The position numbers were made by a program, and so were the translations under genes. From Octopus vulgaris (taxonomy: Eukaryota): DNA of 64,000 nt. Of this stretch, positions 12,655 to 27,377 are shown piece after piece (position 1 is the first letter of the stretch; every line of letters begins with the position of its first letter). Under the pieces are notes generated by a model. The model worked only from the letters and a program-made list of their open reading frames with translations. It made no database searches and was not told the DNA's origin. The stretch covers positions 77,686,001-77,750,000 of the forward strand of contig OX597817.1 in NCBI GenBank assembly GCA_951406725.2, read 5' to 3'.

Positions 12655-14545
12655 CGATATTTTCGTATACACTCAACAGATTAGTCTGTTGGAAAAGAAA
12701 AGAATCGTACCATTGGGCTACAACAAGTAGCCTTAGAAGCCAAGAACCCTCCTATTGGGTTACAGCAAATAACCTTAGATGCAAAAACCCTCCTAAGTAT
12801 CCTAGCTTCCCCTAATAACACTGTTTTCTGGACCTGTACTAAACTGGGTGTGCCTATTTCCTCTATCCGTCTGTTCAGATCTTTAGGGATAGTTTCCAAT
12901 GCACCTACAACTACTAGCATACATTTTACCCGCACTTCTCATAATCTCTATAATTCAATATCTAGGTCCTGGTACTTTGCTATTTTTTCTATACTGCTCT
13001 TATTAATTTTTTCATCATTTGAGACTGTAAAGTGAATTATCTGGCACTTTCTATTCTCTTTATCTACTACTACTAAATCAGGCCTTCTAGCTTCTATTAC
13101 TTTGTCACTCTGAATGTTAAAATACCACATCTTGTATTTCTTACTTTCTAGTACTTTACTAGGTTCATGTTTATACCATTCATCAGTATGTTCAAATCCT
13201 AGCTTTCTACATAGTTCCCAGTGGATTACTCTCCTTAGATTGTCATGTCTTTCCTTGTATTCTTTCTGCACCAGCATACTTCATTCACTTACTATATGAG
13301 TAACGTTTTCCTCTTTTGATTTGCATAATCTACATTGGGAATCTACTTGGATTTTATCTATCTTGGCTTTTATCCAATTAGTCCTTAATGCTTAGTCATG
13401 TGCAGCTACTAACAAACTTTCTGTCTCCCACTTTAGCTTTCCTTTCTGCAAACCATAACCATGTCTCACTACTACTGTTTGCTGCAACTATCTTTGGGAA
13501 TCTACCATGCAATGCATTTTCCAGCCTGTCAGATTATTTCTATTGTTTTTTTCTTTTCTGGTTTTTAACTTCGTTTGGGTTTTTGGTTTCCTTATATCTT
13601 GCTGTGACTCTAGCACCTTTTAATAATCTTTCTTCCCTACTACCTCCATGGGAATCTATAACTACTCTAACTAACACTACGCCATCTTCTACTGATATTA
13701 ACCCTCTTCCACCTTCCTTTCTAGGTAGGTATAATCTTGCTACTCCTGCCCTTGGGTTGACTACTCCATTTATACTGAATTCCTCCCTAGTTCCTCTGTC
13801 TAGCTTTGCTAATTGAGTTTTTGTCCAATCTACAAAAACTGCTGAGCATCTCAGTAATGATACTGCCCAAGGATTTACAGCCTTCACTAGATTCAGACCA
13901 TTTAGCTTTGACTTCATCAGCTTCCTCATCCTTCTGATATACTCCTCAATTTTCGTTTTCATTTCTTGCAATTAGTACTCTGTCAGATTCTAATACTCCT
14001 AGATACTTATAACTCTCCTCCTTTCAATGATTTTACTGTCTGGCCATCCAGTAATCTGGTAATTGGATGCTTTCGCTGCTGACTGTCCCCTTGTCATGAC
14101 TAATATTGCACACTTATCTATATCTTTGCTGAAGAGTCTTACAATCTGTATTAAAGAATCTATCTCTTTAAAGCTTCAGATCATCCATGTAAAGCAAATG
14201 GTTAATTTTCCCCTTACTGTTTCTGAACTGATACCCTGCCTTTGCCTTCATTAATACAAAAATGAGGAGGATCAAACATAAGACAAATATTAAGGGGGAC
14301 AAGTACCCACTGGAAAATTTCTCTTTTGATATTAACTTACCCTAAGAGTGTGTCACCTGAGTAGGGTTCTACTTTCCATCTCTTCATGCTACAGGTAATT
14401 AATTCCCTTATGTTGTCTGCTATACTGAATATGCTCAAGCATTCACTTATTCATGGGTGTGGGATCATGTGATAGGCTTTCTTATAATCTACCCACCATA
14501 CTATTGTTAGATTTTTGTTTTTAGCTTTTACTTCATTATCATTCT
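12655..14545 (-). mobile_element. R4/Dong-type LINE, 5'-truncated (RT, thumb, CCHC, RLE)
   Basis: WVDYKKAY, NHLLYMDDLKL, YKYLGV, RLYLPRKEGGRGL, CRLCKSKEENVTHIVSE, RHD, RPDLVV; (ATT)n both sides; disrupted. Confidence 0.95.
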
Positions 14546-14602
14546 CATTATTATTATTATTATTATTATTATCATCATCATTATTATTGTTATTATTATT
14601 AA

Positions 14603-15050
14603 AGGCAGTGAGCTGGCAGAATCATTAGCAAGCCGGGCAAAATGCATAGTGGCATTTCGTATGTCTTTATGTTCGGAGTTCAAATTCCACCAATGTCAAC
14701 ATCACCTTTCATCCTTTTGGGGTTGATAAATTAAATACCAGTGAAACTCTTCTCTTCACCCAAATTTCAGGTCTTGTACCTTTAGTAGAAAGGATGATTA
14801 TTACTATTATTATTAGTCGACATTACTTATTTTTATGGCGGCGAGTTTGCAGAATCATTAGCAAGCTGGATGAAATGCTGAATGGTATTTCATCTGCTAC
14901 TTCATTTTGAGTTCAAATTCCACCGAGGTCGACTTTGCCTTTCATCCTTTTGGGGTCGATAAATCAAGTATCAGTCAAGTATTGTGGTTGATGTGATCGA
15001 TTGTCCCCCTCCCTACAAAAATCTAGACCTTGTGCCTATAGAAGAAAGGA
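14603..15050 (+). mobile_element. Two head-to-tail family-M SINEs (14603-14795, 14837-15050)
   Basis: Repeated head and central domain, each with (ATT)n tail. Confidence 0.88.
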
Positions 15051-15113
15051 TTATTATTATTATTGTTGTTGTTATTGCTATTGTTGTCATTGTTGATATT
15101 GTTACTGTTTTTG

Positions 15114-15150
<37 letters not shown>

Positions 15151-16402
15151 AAACTACCTGTAATTCAAAGGCCCAAGCTCTTGTCTCAACGTGCCATACT
15201 GATTTGGTTGGATAATTACATTAATTCTTTTACTAGAAATAGCCTCAAGGTCAAGAACAATTATATTAAAACCGTCGTTAGTGTCATAAAAGTTAATCTT
15301 CCGGAAAAATTGTTTAGTTACACACCAGCAATCACATGGAACTGCATGCGCGTAAAGTTATATCATCTTATAGATAAATGCTTAATGACAACTTTTAGTT
15401 ATAGAAGCAAACACACATTCTTACTGGACGGGGCAGGCAGAGAAAACCTGTAATGGTATGAATGAAAACAGATTTGAAAAAAAAAGCTCCATGAAGCCTA
15501 TGTTCAGATTCAGCGATAAGTAAAGGAGGCACATAAGTACCTTTTTCTAATATGTACAGCATTATATATATATTTCCTTCCTAAAGACAACACGTGATTA
15601 TACCTGTCTCCTCTCATAAGCTCGTCCTCCTAGTATTCATATAATTTTTCTATCGTCTTGGCTTAACAGCGCTCACCATTTGTTTTTACTGTCTTGTCCT
15701 TGTTACCACTTTCAACCTCTGCAAAAAATGCCAAATTTTATTTAATTTGTTTTGCGGGAAGGACTGTTTCAATGAAGTTGTATATTGACCTTGCTGTTTT
15801 TTTATTCGTTGTTCGAAAAAAAGTTCGTTTTCTATGTTTTTGTTTTTTATATATATTGGCCTGCTCGCTTAGCCTGCGGGGTGGTGTCATTTGAAGGATA
15901 AAACAATGTGAAGCGCATTGTGACCAGCGATGTGTAGCAACATCTAATAGCCCAGTTTCATAGTTGATTCAAGAAGTCATTCAGTTATGAACTAATGTCC
16001 ACAATGTATGACCAAGAAATACTACATCAAGGCAGACAATATCAATTCAAATTCAACAATATCAAAATGCTCTGGCTATCATAATGTTGCACAATGGGTA
16101 TTAGTGCTCTTATCAGTGTGATGACAGTTGGTGAAGCTGTTAGCAAAGCTGTTTTCTTTATGAACATTGCTCAGTGCATAGACACCCAATATTTGGGTAC
16201 CGGATTGCCATGCCTTGTGTCTATTGTGAAGTTTTGGAGAGCATTTCAGCCTTTAGAGGAGGTACATGAAATTTCATGTACCAGCTGAATATAATCTGTG
16301 ATCAAGAGATTGAATTGTGGGTGAAATAATAGAGGAAAGAAAGTGACAGAAAGGACGAAAATGGATGATAGTACGTGCTGAAATTTCTAAAAACCCAGGT
16401 TG

Positions 16403-16760
16403 TAAAGATGTATGGCTGAGTGTTTAGGGCATCAGACTCACAATCATGAAGTAGTGAGTTCGATTCTTGGAGTTCGATGTGTGTTGTGTTCTGAGCAAAC
16501 ACTTTATTTCACTTTGCTCCTGTTCACTCAGCTGTAGAGATGAGTTACAATGTCACTGGTGCCAAGCTGTGTCGGTCTTTGCCTTTTGCCATTACGTTCT
16601 GAGTTCAAATTCCGCCGAGGTCGACTTTGCCTTTCATCCTTTTGGAGTCGATAAATTAAGTACCAGTTACACACGGGGGTCGATGTAATCGACTTAATCC
16701 CTTTGTCTGTCCTTGTTTGTCCCCTCTATGTTTAGCCCCTTGTGGGCAATAAAGAAATAA
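16403..16760 (+). mobile_element. Family-C SINE joined to a 5'-truncated family-M SINE
   Basis: Family C to ~16590, then ttacgttctgagttcaaattccgccgagg; matches the 47222 copy. Confidence 0.8.
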
Positions 16761-16885
16761 CATAGTTTTGTTCTTTTGAAACAACCATCAAGATTTGTAT
16801 TTTGTGCTCCATATAAATATGTCTCAAGCCTAACTGTGTTTATCTGCCTTCTACTTCACTCTCTCTCTTGCTTCCTCACTCTTTC

Positions 16886-16934
<49 letters not shown>

Positions 16935-16952
16935 GTGTGTATATATATATAT

Positions 16953-17724
16953 TTAAAAAATACAAAAATGAAACAAGAACGCAAAACATCCATGCTGTTA
17001 GGTGATACAAAAAAGGGACAACAAAACATCCAGATAGATGATACAAAGAAAACAAAGATGGGTCATTCAGAGTTTTCTTTCCTCAGTCGAGTTCCAGATT
17101 ATCTTTGCAATGTATACGAAAACAAGGACGGAAAAAAACGGAGAAATGTTACACAAATACAAATGCAAATAACAGGACATAACAACAGGTGTCTTTTGAC
17201 CATCCCTCTGCCTCTACCTCTCTCTCTTCTCTCCCCACGGGACTGGTATTCAGCCAAGCCTGACCTTTCTGTCTTGGTTTGAATACCATCTGTGCAACAT
17301 CTATATTCCTCCCTGTGCCTGTCAAATCAATGTCCTTGCCGTAAGGCTTTACTTCCACACACGCCAGCTTAATTTAATTCGTCTTTAGTCTAAAGACACC
17401 TGTTGTTATGTCCTGTTAATTGCATTTGTATTTGTGTAATATTTCTCTGGTTTTTTCCTGTCTTTGTTTTTGGATACATTCACTGCTTTCTTCCAAGGAA
17501 TCTAATGCTCTTAGCTTAGTTTTTCCTTGGGGGCTGGTCAGATTGGAGCAATCTCGAGTATAACCAGCCGAAATTGTTAAGATAATCTGGAACTTGAATG
17601 GGGAAAGAAAACTCTGAATGACCTGTCCTTGTTTTCTTTGTATCGTCTGTCTGAATGTTTTGTGTTCTGATCCCTTTTTTGTATTTTTCATACATGAAAA
17701 TATAGCGGGGTACGTACACTTTGA

Positions 17725-17726
<2 letters not shown>
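16953..17726. mobile_element. Fold-back element, probably PLE terminus
   Basis: Diverged inverted arms ~17029-17200 / 17389-17684; microsatellite flanks. Confidence 0.6.
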
Positions 17727-17757
<31 letters not shown>

Positions 17758-17889
17758 GTATGTCAAATTAAATACACAACCGAAAGAGTGATTAATAGTT
17801 TTATGCTATTATGATACTTGATCAGGCATATTTATAAAATATACCATGTATCTTAAAGCAATCTTCAATCTTTCAGGCTCTGTTTATGC

Positions 17890-17921
<32 letters not shown>

Positions 17922-17923
<2 letters not shown>

Positions 17924-18185
17924 CATCATCATCTAGTATTTTAAATTTGGGTTGTGTCCTTGTTAACGGAGGTGGCCGGATCTACCTCACTACCATAGCA
18001 ACTGCCCTTACACAATCTCGCCTTCTTGCCTGGTTTTGGGCATCTTCCTTTTTCAAATGAACCCTCCCAATCTCTTCCTCCATCTGTTTCCACGTTTATC
18101 TCAATTTACCTCACTTTTGTGTTCCATTTACTTCAAATACGATCACCCTCCTCAGAAAATGCTCTTCGTCCCTCCTCAAGACATG
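17922..18185 (-). mobile_element. RTE-clade LINE 3' end
   Basis: Minus: WKQMEEEIGRVHLKKEDAQNQARRRDCVRAV then (GAT)n tail. Confidence 0.6.
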
Positions 18186-18196
18186 GAGTGAAGTGG

Positions 18197-18276
<80 letters not shown>

Positions 18277-18685
18277 GGCGCAGGAGTGGCTGTGTGGTAA
18301 GTAGCTTGCTAACCAACCACATGGTTCCGGGTTCAGTCCCACTGCGTGGCATCTTGGGCAAGTGTCTTCTGCTATAGCCCCGGGCCGACCAATGCCTTGT
18401 GAGTGGATTTGGTAGACAGAAACTGAAAGAAGCCTGTCGTATATATGTATATATATGTAAGTGTGTGTTTGTGTGTCTGTGTTTGTCCCCCTAGCATTGC
18501 TTGACAACTGATGCTGGTGTGTTTACGTCCCCGTCACTTAGCGGTTCGGCAAAAGAGACCGATAAAATAAGTACTGGGCTTACAAAGAATAAGTCCCGGG
18601 GTCGATTTGCTCGACTGAAGGCGGTGCTCCAGCATGGCCGCAGTCAAATGACTGAAACAAGTAAAAGAGTAAAAGAGTAAAGAGT
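18277..18685 (+). mobile_element. SINE family A (tRNA head, CORE-like cttgggcaagtg, internal TA/TG microsatellite)
   Basis: A/B boxes, (gtaaaaga)n tail, many copies in the window. Confidence 0.92.
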
Positions 18686-18931
18686 ATATATATATATATT
18701 TGTGCAGGTGCCACGTTAAAAGCAGCCAGCATACACTGTTAAGTGGTTGGCATTAGGAAAACTATCAGCCATAAAAACGAAGCCTAATCAGAATGGAACC
18801 TGGTACAGCTCTCCAGCTTGCCAGCTCTGGTCAAACCATCCAACCCATGCAAGCTTGGAAAACAGACATTATAGAATGATGATGATGATGATATACATAA
18901 GTACATATATATTTATACACAGAGGTGTGCG

Positions 18932-18973
<42 letters not shown>

Positions 18974-19734
18974 TATGTATGTATTTTATACATGCATGAA
19001 CAGGTGTGTGTGTATAGACATGCATGCATGCATACATACATACATACATACATACATACATACATACATACATACATACTTCTGCATTTTTTTAGCACTT
19101 GTGCATGTGTAGGGAGATACATATCAAGATAAGAACATATGAATCTCTGGAACATATGTCTGTCCAAAAAAAAATTCAACACTCAGCAAGTTTATTCACA
19201 TATGAATTATTATTATTATTATTATTATCATTAGTTTTTCAATCTATTAACTGGGGCCAATCTAGAACGTCGATCTGTTAAAAATTCCATATGACTAAAA
19301 ACAACAACAACATGCCATCTTTGAAGACCACAGAACTTTACCAAAGCTGTCTCATTTGAATATCAGATGTCATCAATAGAATACAGAAAAAAAAAACACG
19401 CACAAAAAAAAAAGTGTAGAAAAGTAAAACTAATATAGGAATTGATAATAAATATGAAAATATATATTGAAATATATTTCTAAATTTGATTTAATTTCTA
19501 GATTCTCCTCACACCACAACCCACTGTATATCATTTTATTGATTTTAATTGTAATGTCTGCTGTGGTAATATTGATATGGTATTATAATTTATTGATGTG
19601 TCTCTGGATGTGATTTTGGAGTTGGTTTTTGGCCTTCATGTTTTCTTTCTTTTTAACAAGAATTTCTTCGTTTTAAATCATCTCGGAGTTTTTTCTTTCT
19701 TTTACTGACATCATTGAAATGAGTACGAGAATAG

Positions 19735-19786
<52 letters not shown>

Positions 19787-19995
19787 AACGATGACCATGA
19801 TCATGATGTTTGAGTCTGCAAAGAATTTTTTTCTTTCCAATCATCTTTGTCATCATCTTCTCCATCATTGCTTTGTCCTTCATCCGTTTGTTTTTCCTTG
19901 CTGTGTCTCTTAATCTTGTCATTCTTCATCATCAATTTCTCCTCCTCCTCCTCCTCCTCCTAATCTGCCATTGTATATACAATTTTTGTTGCCTG

Positions 19996-20106
<111 letters not shown>

Positions 20107-20736
20107 TACCGTCATCTTTATCATCATCATTGTCCCTGTTATCCTCATTGTCGTTATCGTCCTCGTCATCATCATCACCATCATCAACATCCTCATCGTC
20201 ATCATCGTTATCGTTGTTGTACTTCTCCTTTTCCTCCTCATCAAAGTTGTCATCGTTTTCATTGCCTTTGTCTTCATCATCAACTTATCTCACCTCACTA
20301 TCCCTTCTCTTAACACCATCACCACCACCACCACCGCATTCCTTCCTCCTTCCTTTCGTTTTTTTCCTTTCTTCTTCCTGTCTTCTTCCTCCTTGTCGCC
20401 ATTATCATGACCATCATCATCATCATCATCATCATCATCATTATCATCACCAACTATTTGCCTTCATCAACCCTTGCTGTCATTCTTATCTCGCTGATTA
20501 AAGTCGCTGATCTACAATGTAGTGAGCTTATCGCCTGTTAATATCAACCACAGAAGCCAAGCTGAGAAATAATTATACGGCCTTCTTGCGTGCCATGCCG
20601 CTAAACAAGTGATGGCCTCTCAGCGATAACAATAATGATAATTATTCATTTATTCAATGCCTAAATAGGAGATTCTGATATTTTCCAAAACTGGTAATGA
20701 AAAGTGAACAGATCTAAAACAATCCATGTTACATGT

Positions 20737-20781
<45 letters not shown>

Positions 20782-20782
20782 A

Positions 20783-20815
<33 letters not shown>

Positions 20816-21041
20816 ATGAGTGAGTGAGAGAGTGTGTGGGGGTGTATTGGGGTGTATGTGTATGTATGCAGACATGTGTATGTGTTTAGATGTACTTATA
20901 TATACACACATATATATATATATATACATGCATATAAGAATGTATGTATATCTATAACTATCTATCTTATATCCTTCTCCTCTCTCCCTTTCTCTCTCAC
21001 TTTCTCTCCACACATGCACACACATATACATACACACATAC

Positions 21042-21074
<33 letters not shown>

Positions 21075-21087
21075 TGTATGTAACACT

Positions 21088-21135
<48 letters not shown>

Positions 21136-21426
21136 TGTCAGGGTGTGTGTGAGTGTACAATGTGTGCATCTGTGTCTATATGTAAATATATGAGAATACG
21201 TATCATAGAATAATGAAATTAAAGGCAAACACACATTGTGATTAGCAGCAAATTTATTCTGAATTTCTTGGTTTTTCGTTTTTTTCTTCTTCAGAAAGTT
21301 ATCTTTTAATTTATATCTACTGATTCGGTATTGTGTCAAAGGTCATGCTGGGTTTTGTCAAATTAATCAAATCATATGGAATAATAATATTTCCAGAATA
21401 GGAAGGAATAAATTCCAACTACAACA

Positions 21427-21472
<46 letters not shown>

Positions 21473-21493
21473 TTATATGTATATATGTATATA

Positions 21494-21544
<51 letters not shown>

Positions 21545-21692
21545 GTGTGTGTGTGTGTATGTATGTATATATATATATAGAGAGAGAGAGATAGATATAT
21601 ATGGATAGACAGACAGACAGCCAGACAGATTGATATATAGACAGATAGATAGATATAGATATTTATAAATATATAAATATATATATGTATAC

Positions 21693-21765
<73 letters not shown>

Positions 21766-21918
21766 CATAGATATATATGAATACATACACACACACACAT
21801 ATATATGTAAAGAGAGAGAGTCTTGGACCTTTCTAACACTAATCTGGTTGTTCATCTATTTATTATACGCTTATACTTGTGTTTTCTCATATCCACTAGA
21901 TACATACAGACATATATA

Positions 21919-21971
<53 letters not shown>

Positions 21972-22018
21972 TTGGTGAAGCAAACAGGAATAATAGAACT
22001 CAAAATATAAGTGTTTGG

Positions 22019-22720
22019 GAGTGGGGACTCAAAAGTAATTGGAAATGTTCTCTGTGGGACAAACCCATTGTGGAAGTGACTCCTGCTGCTAGAAGCCACT
22101 TTATGCAACCCTCAGGCATCTGTCTGCTGATGCCATCCTCCAAGACACACCATATACTGTTATATGGTGTGTCTTTGAGTTTCAGTGCTTCTCCCCTGTT
22201 CATTGATTTTTGCGATGGCTGAAACAAAGGAACAACTTGCTTCTGTGAAATTCTGTTTCCTGCTGGGGAAAACAGTAGCTGAAACAGTTATGCTTCAAAC
22301 AGCTTATGAGGATGCTGTCATGAGCAAAACACAAGTTTATGAGAGGTTTCCATACTTTAAGAATGGCCACCTGTTGCTTGAAGACTGACCTTGTTGAGGG
22401 TGGCTGTCAACCTCCGGAATGAAAATTCATGAACTGATCTTGGTGGACCACCATTGGACAATAGATGAACTTGTTGATCTGACCGTTATTTCCTAGAGTG
22501 CCTGCCAATGAATTTTGAGTGAAGAATTGCGAACGAAAAGAGTTGCAGCAAATTTTGTGCCTTGCTTGTTCACAGAAGTATGAGACAATTTTTGACCAAA
22601 AATGGCATGACACCACTTACCCAACTTCCCTATTCACCTGAGCTTGCTCCCTCAAATGAAAAAGTCCTTAAAGGAAAAGGTTTTGAAAATGTGGAAGAGG
22701 TGATGAAATTCTCGATGGAA
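22019..22720 (+). mobile_element. Mariner remnant, internally deleted
   Basis: KEQLASVKFCFLLGKTVAETVMLQTAYEDAVMSKTQVYE..FKNG; AANFVP; PYSPELAP. Confidence 0.88.
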
Positions 22721-23389
22721 ATGTTTCTTTATTAAAGGCAGGAAGCCCCTGGCTACATCAGTAGAAACTTTCAGTTAAAATGGTGGTGGTGGGGGGGTTA
22801 TACCAGATTATTTTCCATTTCCTAATTCTTTTAGGGTGAGTAGAGGGGGTTTGGAGTTCATCTACATACGTAAGCTTCTCAGAAAATCTGCTCCTAGACA
22901 AATCATCCTTGTGGTGGGGGATGGCCCTTTAAAATATCTCCATGTTGGCTACGAGTTTAGAGACCATTTGCTAATGCCTGAAACCAGGTTTCTATATATA
23001 TAATTATATATATATTGATGGGTATAGGAAATAGAGAAGTTATAACTGAGCTACATATGTTTCAAAGAAACATATGCTGCTAGGAACTGAACTCATGACC
23101 TTATGATTGGGATCTGAATACCCTAACCAATAAGTTATGCGCCTTCACCATCCAAGCCAACAATAACACTACTCACAGAACTGAGAAAGAATATTCCAGA
23201 GGTTATGAGACTTTTCTTTTAGGAAAGGTGGTTATAATTTTCCTAGATTATTGAAATTTTAGTATATCGTTACTATACAACAAATAAGCTGACTTGCCAC
23301 CTTTTGTTATTCTAGGTTGAAGGTGATGACTGTACCAGCTCTTTGAACATACCCTGCAAAATACTGCTTTTCACAACTGACTAGTTTGC

Positions 23390-23625
23390 AGGATGTATGG
23401 AGACAATTTGGAAGTTCGCTATACAACATAGTTTTGAGTTAAAATAATCAAAAATGATACAGAAACATATGAAATGCTTCAGACTGCTAATGGATTGTTT
23501 TTTACGTGGGTACAAGATTTTTAAGAATGGTAGAAAGGAGGTGAGGGATGATGAGAGGTATGGGGGAAAGTGAGATGTCAGAACATCAGAGATGACTGAG
23601 AAAATTTGCAATTTTCTGGATGAAT
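23390..23625 (+). mobile_element. Mariner N-terminal remnant
   Basis: ETYEMLQTA...YKIFKNGRKEVRDDERYG. Confidence 0.7.
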
Positions 23626-23629
23626 TCAC

Positions 23630-24221
23630 TATTAATCTCGACAACAGTTTTAAAATGGTGATTGTTAGACTGCCTTTTCATCTTGGGGAAGAGATGGAAG
23701 TCTGCTGGTGCTAAATCTGGTAAATAGGATGAGTGCAGAAGCAATACCATGTTGATTTTTGGCAAAAAATTTATGAGTGAAGAGAACTGGGTAACAGGGT
23801 GCATTGTTGTCATGAAGAAACCAATTCTTTGTGCCCCACAGCTCTGGTCGCATTCACTGAATATCCTTTCTCAAACACTTCAAACGTTGCAGTAGAACTC
23901 TCAAGTGATGGTTTGGCCCTGGGGGATGAATTCTTGATGCAAAATGCCTCCTATCCAGGGGTAACACTCATTCATCACGCCTATTGTCTTCCAGGGAGTT
24001 CTTTTGCTTTTGAAGAATCTTTACCACTTGCACATTGCATGTAACCCACTGCCTTGTTGTCGTAAGCTTGCTGAAGCATGATCAATATTTCTGTAGCAGA
24101 CACCCCCAAGTTTATTGAAGAATTTCATGTCACTGTTAGCTCTCACTGTGCATGCTAATGTGTGCTGCCATCTGTTGGCATGCTACAGAACTAGTCAGGG
24201 AACTTTTTGATACCACCTCGT
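23630..24221 (-). mobile_element. Mariner remnant with one TIR
   Basis: RPELW..NWFLHDNNAP, YLPDLAPADFHLFPKMK; TIR cgaggtggtatcaaaaagttcc. Confidence 0.88.
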
Positions 24222-24449
24222 CTTATGTGTGTGTGTATGTGTTCGAAATACTATGCGTGATATTCTCCCTCTAACATGTGGTGAAAAACTATAAAATATG
24301 CAAGGGTAATCTCCTTCATTTTCCTAACCAAAAAGAGAATAACACTTTACATTTACATCTGTTTCAATTTCTATAGTGAAGAGTTTAAAGATTATAGTTT
24401 AACTCTGTACATTTATGTAAGCCCAAAAGGAAATTTAATACAAGCTATC

Positions 24450-24560
24450 CAAACAAGTCTGGTTCATGTCATTGTATCGAACGTCCAGCCTAACAATAAA
24501 GCTACTCTCAGAACTTACATTGGTCTGGCCGAGAATTCCTTTAAAACTCACTACATGTAG
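24450..24560 (+). mobile_element. PLE GIY-YIG endonuclease remnant
   Basis: TYIGLAENSFKTHY. Confidence 0.55.
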
Positions 24561-24789
24561 CAATTTAATTGTATGAAACTAATGATTCACACTTTCACTC
24601 TAAATGTAAAAAAAGACCCCAAAGAACTCTGAATAAGAACAATGTGAATCATCAACTTTATACATACAATACATACAAGCATGTATATATATATATATAT
24701 ATATACATACACATACAAATATATATATGTATGTCATATATATATCTAATATAAATGTACACACATACACACACACACATATGTTGGGG

Positions 24790-25157
24790 CAAGCGAAATC
24801 GAAATCGAATTGAACCAGCCAGGATCCCTGGTCTGGTGGTACGTAAAAAGCACTATCTGACTCGTGGCCGATGCCAGCGCCGCCTCGACTGGCTTCCGTG
24901 CCGGTGGCACATAAAATACACCAATCCGACCATGGCCATTGCCAGCCTCGCCTGGCACCTGTGCAGGTGGCACGTAAAAAGCACCTACTACACTCACGGA
25001 GTGGTTGGCGTTAGGAAGGGCATCCAGCTGTAGAAACATTGCCAGATAAGACTGGAGCCTGGTGCAGCCTTCTGGCTTCCCAGATCCCCGGTCGAACCGT
25101 CCAACCCATGCTAGCATGGAGAACGGACGTTAAACGATGATGATGATGATGATGATA
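24790..25157 (+). mobile_element. SINE-like family N with tandem ggtggcacgtaaaaagcac modules and (GAT)n tail
   Basis: Multi-copy in window; module resembles the Deu/Nin SINE domain (from memory); RTE-like tail. Confidence 0.85.
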
Positions 25158-25550
25158 ATGTATATACGTGCTTTTGCTTGTATACATATGTAAATATAAG
25201 TATATATAAATACATATACACACATATATATACACACATGCTTACATATATATGTGTGTGAATGTATATATGTATGTATACATACAAATAGATATATATA
25301 TAATATTCATATTTATTATATATATGTCTGTGTGTGTGTAATATACATATATATATGAATGCATGTATATATGTCTGTCTATCTCTCTCTGTGTCTATCT
25401 CTCTCTCTGTATATATATATATTGCACTGGCTTACATTTTGTCCAACGATTTTCTTAGCAACAATTAAATAGAGTTTCTTCACCTACCATCTCACAATTT
25501 TGTTACCATGGAGTGAACAAAAAAAACGAAAGCAGAGAAAAAGAAAAGAA

Positions 25551-25589
<39 letters not shown>

Positions 25590-25681
25590 TTCTGCAGGAG
25601 TGTCTGAAAGGGAAGAAAGCACTCAACACAGAGAAACAGGAAAAACATGAAAACAACACATTAAAAAGCAACAACAAATGA

Positions 25682-25746
<65 letters not shown>

Positions 25747-25942
25747 TACATAAATAACAGTAAAAATCTTAAGGAATTACTTAAATACTCAATGAAATAA
25801 GCCCTATTACCCATCGTTAGTTCTTGGAGATCATATCGTATTAAGACCTGTCATTGTTAAAATCCTCTTTTTCCCTCTTTTTTCTCTGTCAGTCTGTCTC
25901 TCTTTGTTTCTTTTACTTTCTGACTCTCTATCTCTCTCTTTA

Positions 25943-25991
<49 letters not shown>

Positions 25992-26216
25992 GTCTCTGTT
26001 TCTTTTTCTCTCTCTCTTCATCACCCACTTTCTATTGTGATGGACAACTGGAGTTGTGTCCAACGTAAGTATGGAAACCAATACTCTCTATAATCTACTT
26101 AAAATGATGGAAGAGAAGACGTTTTTGCTGTGAAGAAGATTGAACTCATTTGAAGGTATTATGGATGGTGTTCTCTCTCCCGATCCCTCTCTCTCTCTCT
26201 CTCTCTTAAACACACA

Positions 26217-26277
<61 letters not shown>

Positions 26278-26411
26278 TCACACATGCACATATGCAGACA
26301 CACTCTGTCTTTCTAATTCGCACTCATGCATGTATATATATATATATATATGTAAGTACATATATGCATCCAAGCATATATATATACACATATATATATG
26401 TATATACATAC

Positions 26412-26475
<64 letters not shown>

Positions 26476-27268
26476 GTATGTATGTATATACATATATGTA
26501 TGTATATATACATACATACATAAATATATATTTCATTTTTTTCATCTTTTACTTGTTCCAATCATTGGATGTGGCCATCTTGATTGGCTAAGTCGAGAAA
26601 ATTCAACGCCAGTTAATAGTATATATTTTTAAAGCCTGAAACTTATTCTATCAGTTATTTTGTTGAACCACTAAGTTATGAGGTTGTAAACAAATCAATG
26701 CTAGTTGCTGAGCAATGTTGGGCAACAAACACAACTACAAAAACACACAAACACATACACACATACAAACACACACACAGACTGGCACACATACACGCAC
26801 ACAAATACAGACACACATCACACATATACACACACAAACACAGACACACACACACACAGAAAACACACACACACACAGTCAGACACAGACAGACACAAAC
26901 AAAAACACATACGCAAACACAAACACGCATACACACAAACACAAACACACATACAAATACAGACTCAAACATACACACAAACATGCACACATGAATACAC
27001 ACATAAATACGCACACACACACATTAAGAATTAAGAGTATCTCTAGTAATGTAAGCATGATAGGTGACTTGTACACAATGTATGTGTTTCATTTATGCAC
27101 CAAATTTTCTGTGGGGGCTTTCCCTGAATGTTGTCCCACAGCAAATTTGGTGTATAAACAAAACACATACACTATGTATGTTCAACTGATAATGGTCAGC
27201 TCCATGTCAAACCGTCCAACCCATGCCAGCATGGGAAGTAAACGTTAAATGACAATGATGATTATATA

Positions 27269-27354
<86 letters not shown>

Positions 27355-27377
27355 GTGTGTGTGTGTGTGTGTGTGTA

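Noticed and set aside
17760-17890. Possible decayed HHR between TA tracts
   Set aside because: Both core boxes are mutated and helix I cannot be formed.
22720-22985. Possible L1/Tx1 3' end on the minus strand
   Set aside because: Similarity too weak to support without a search.
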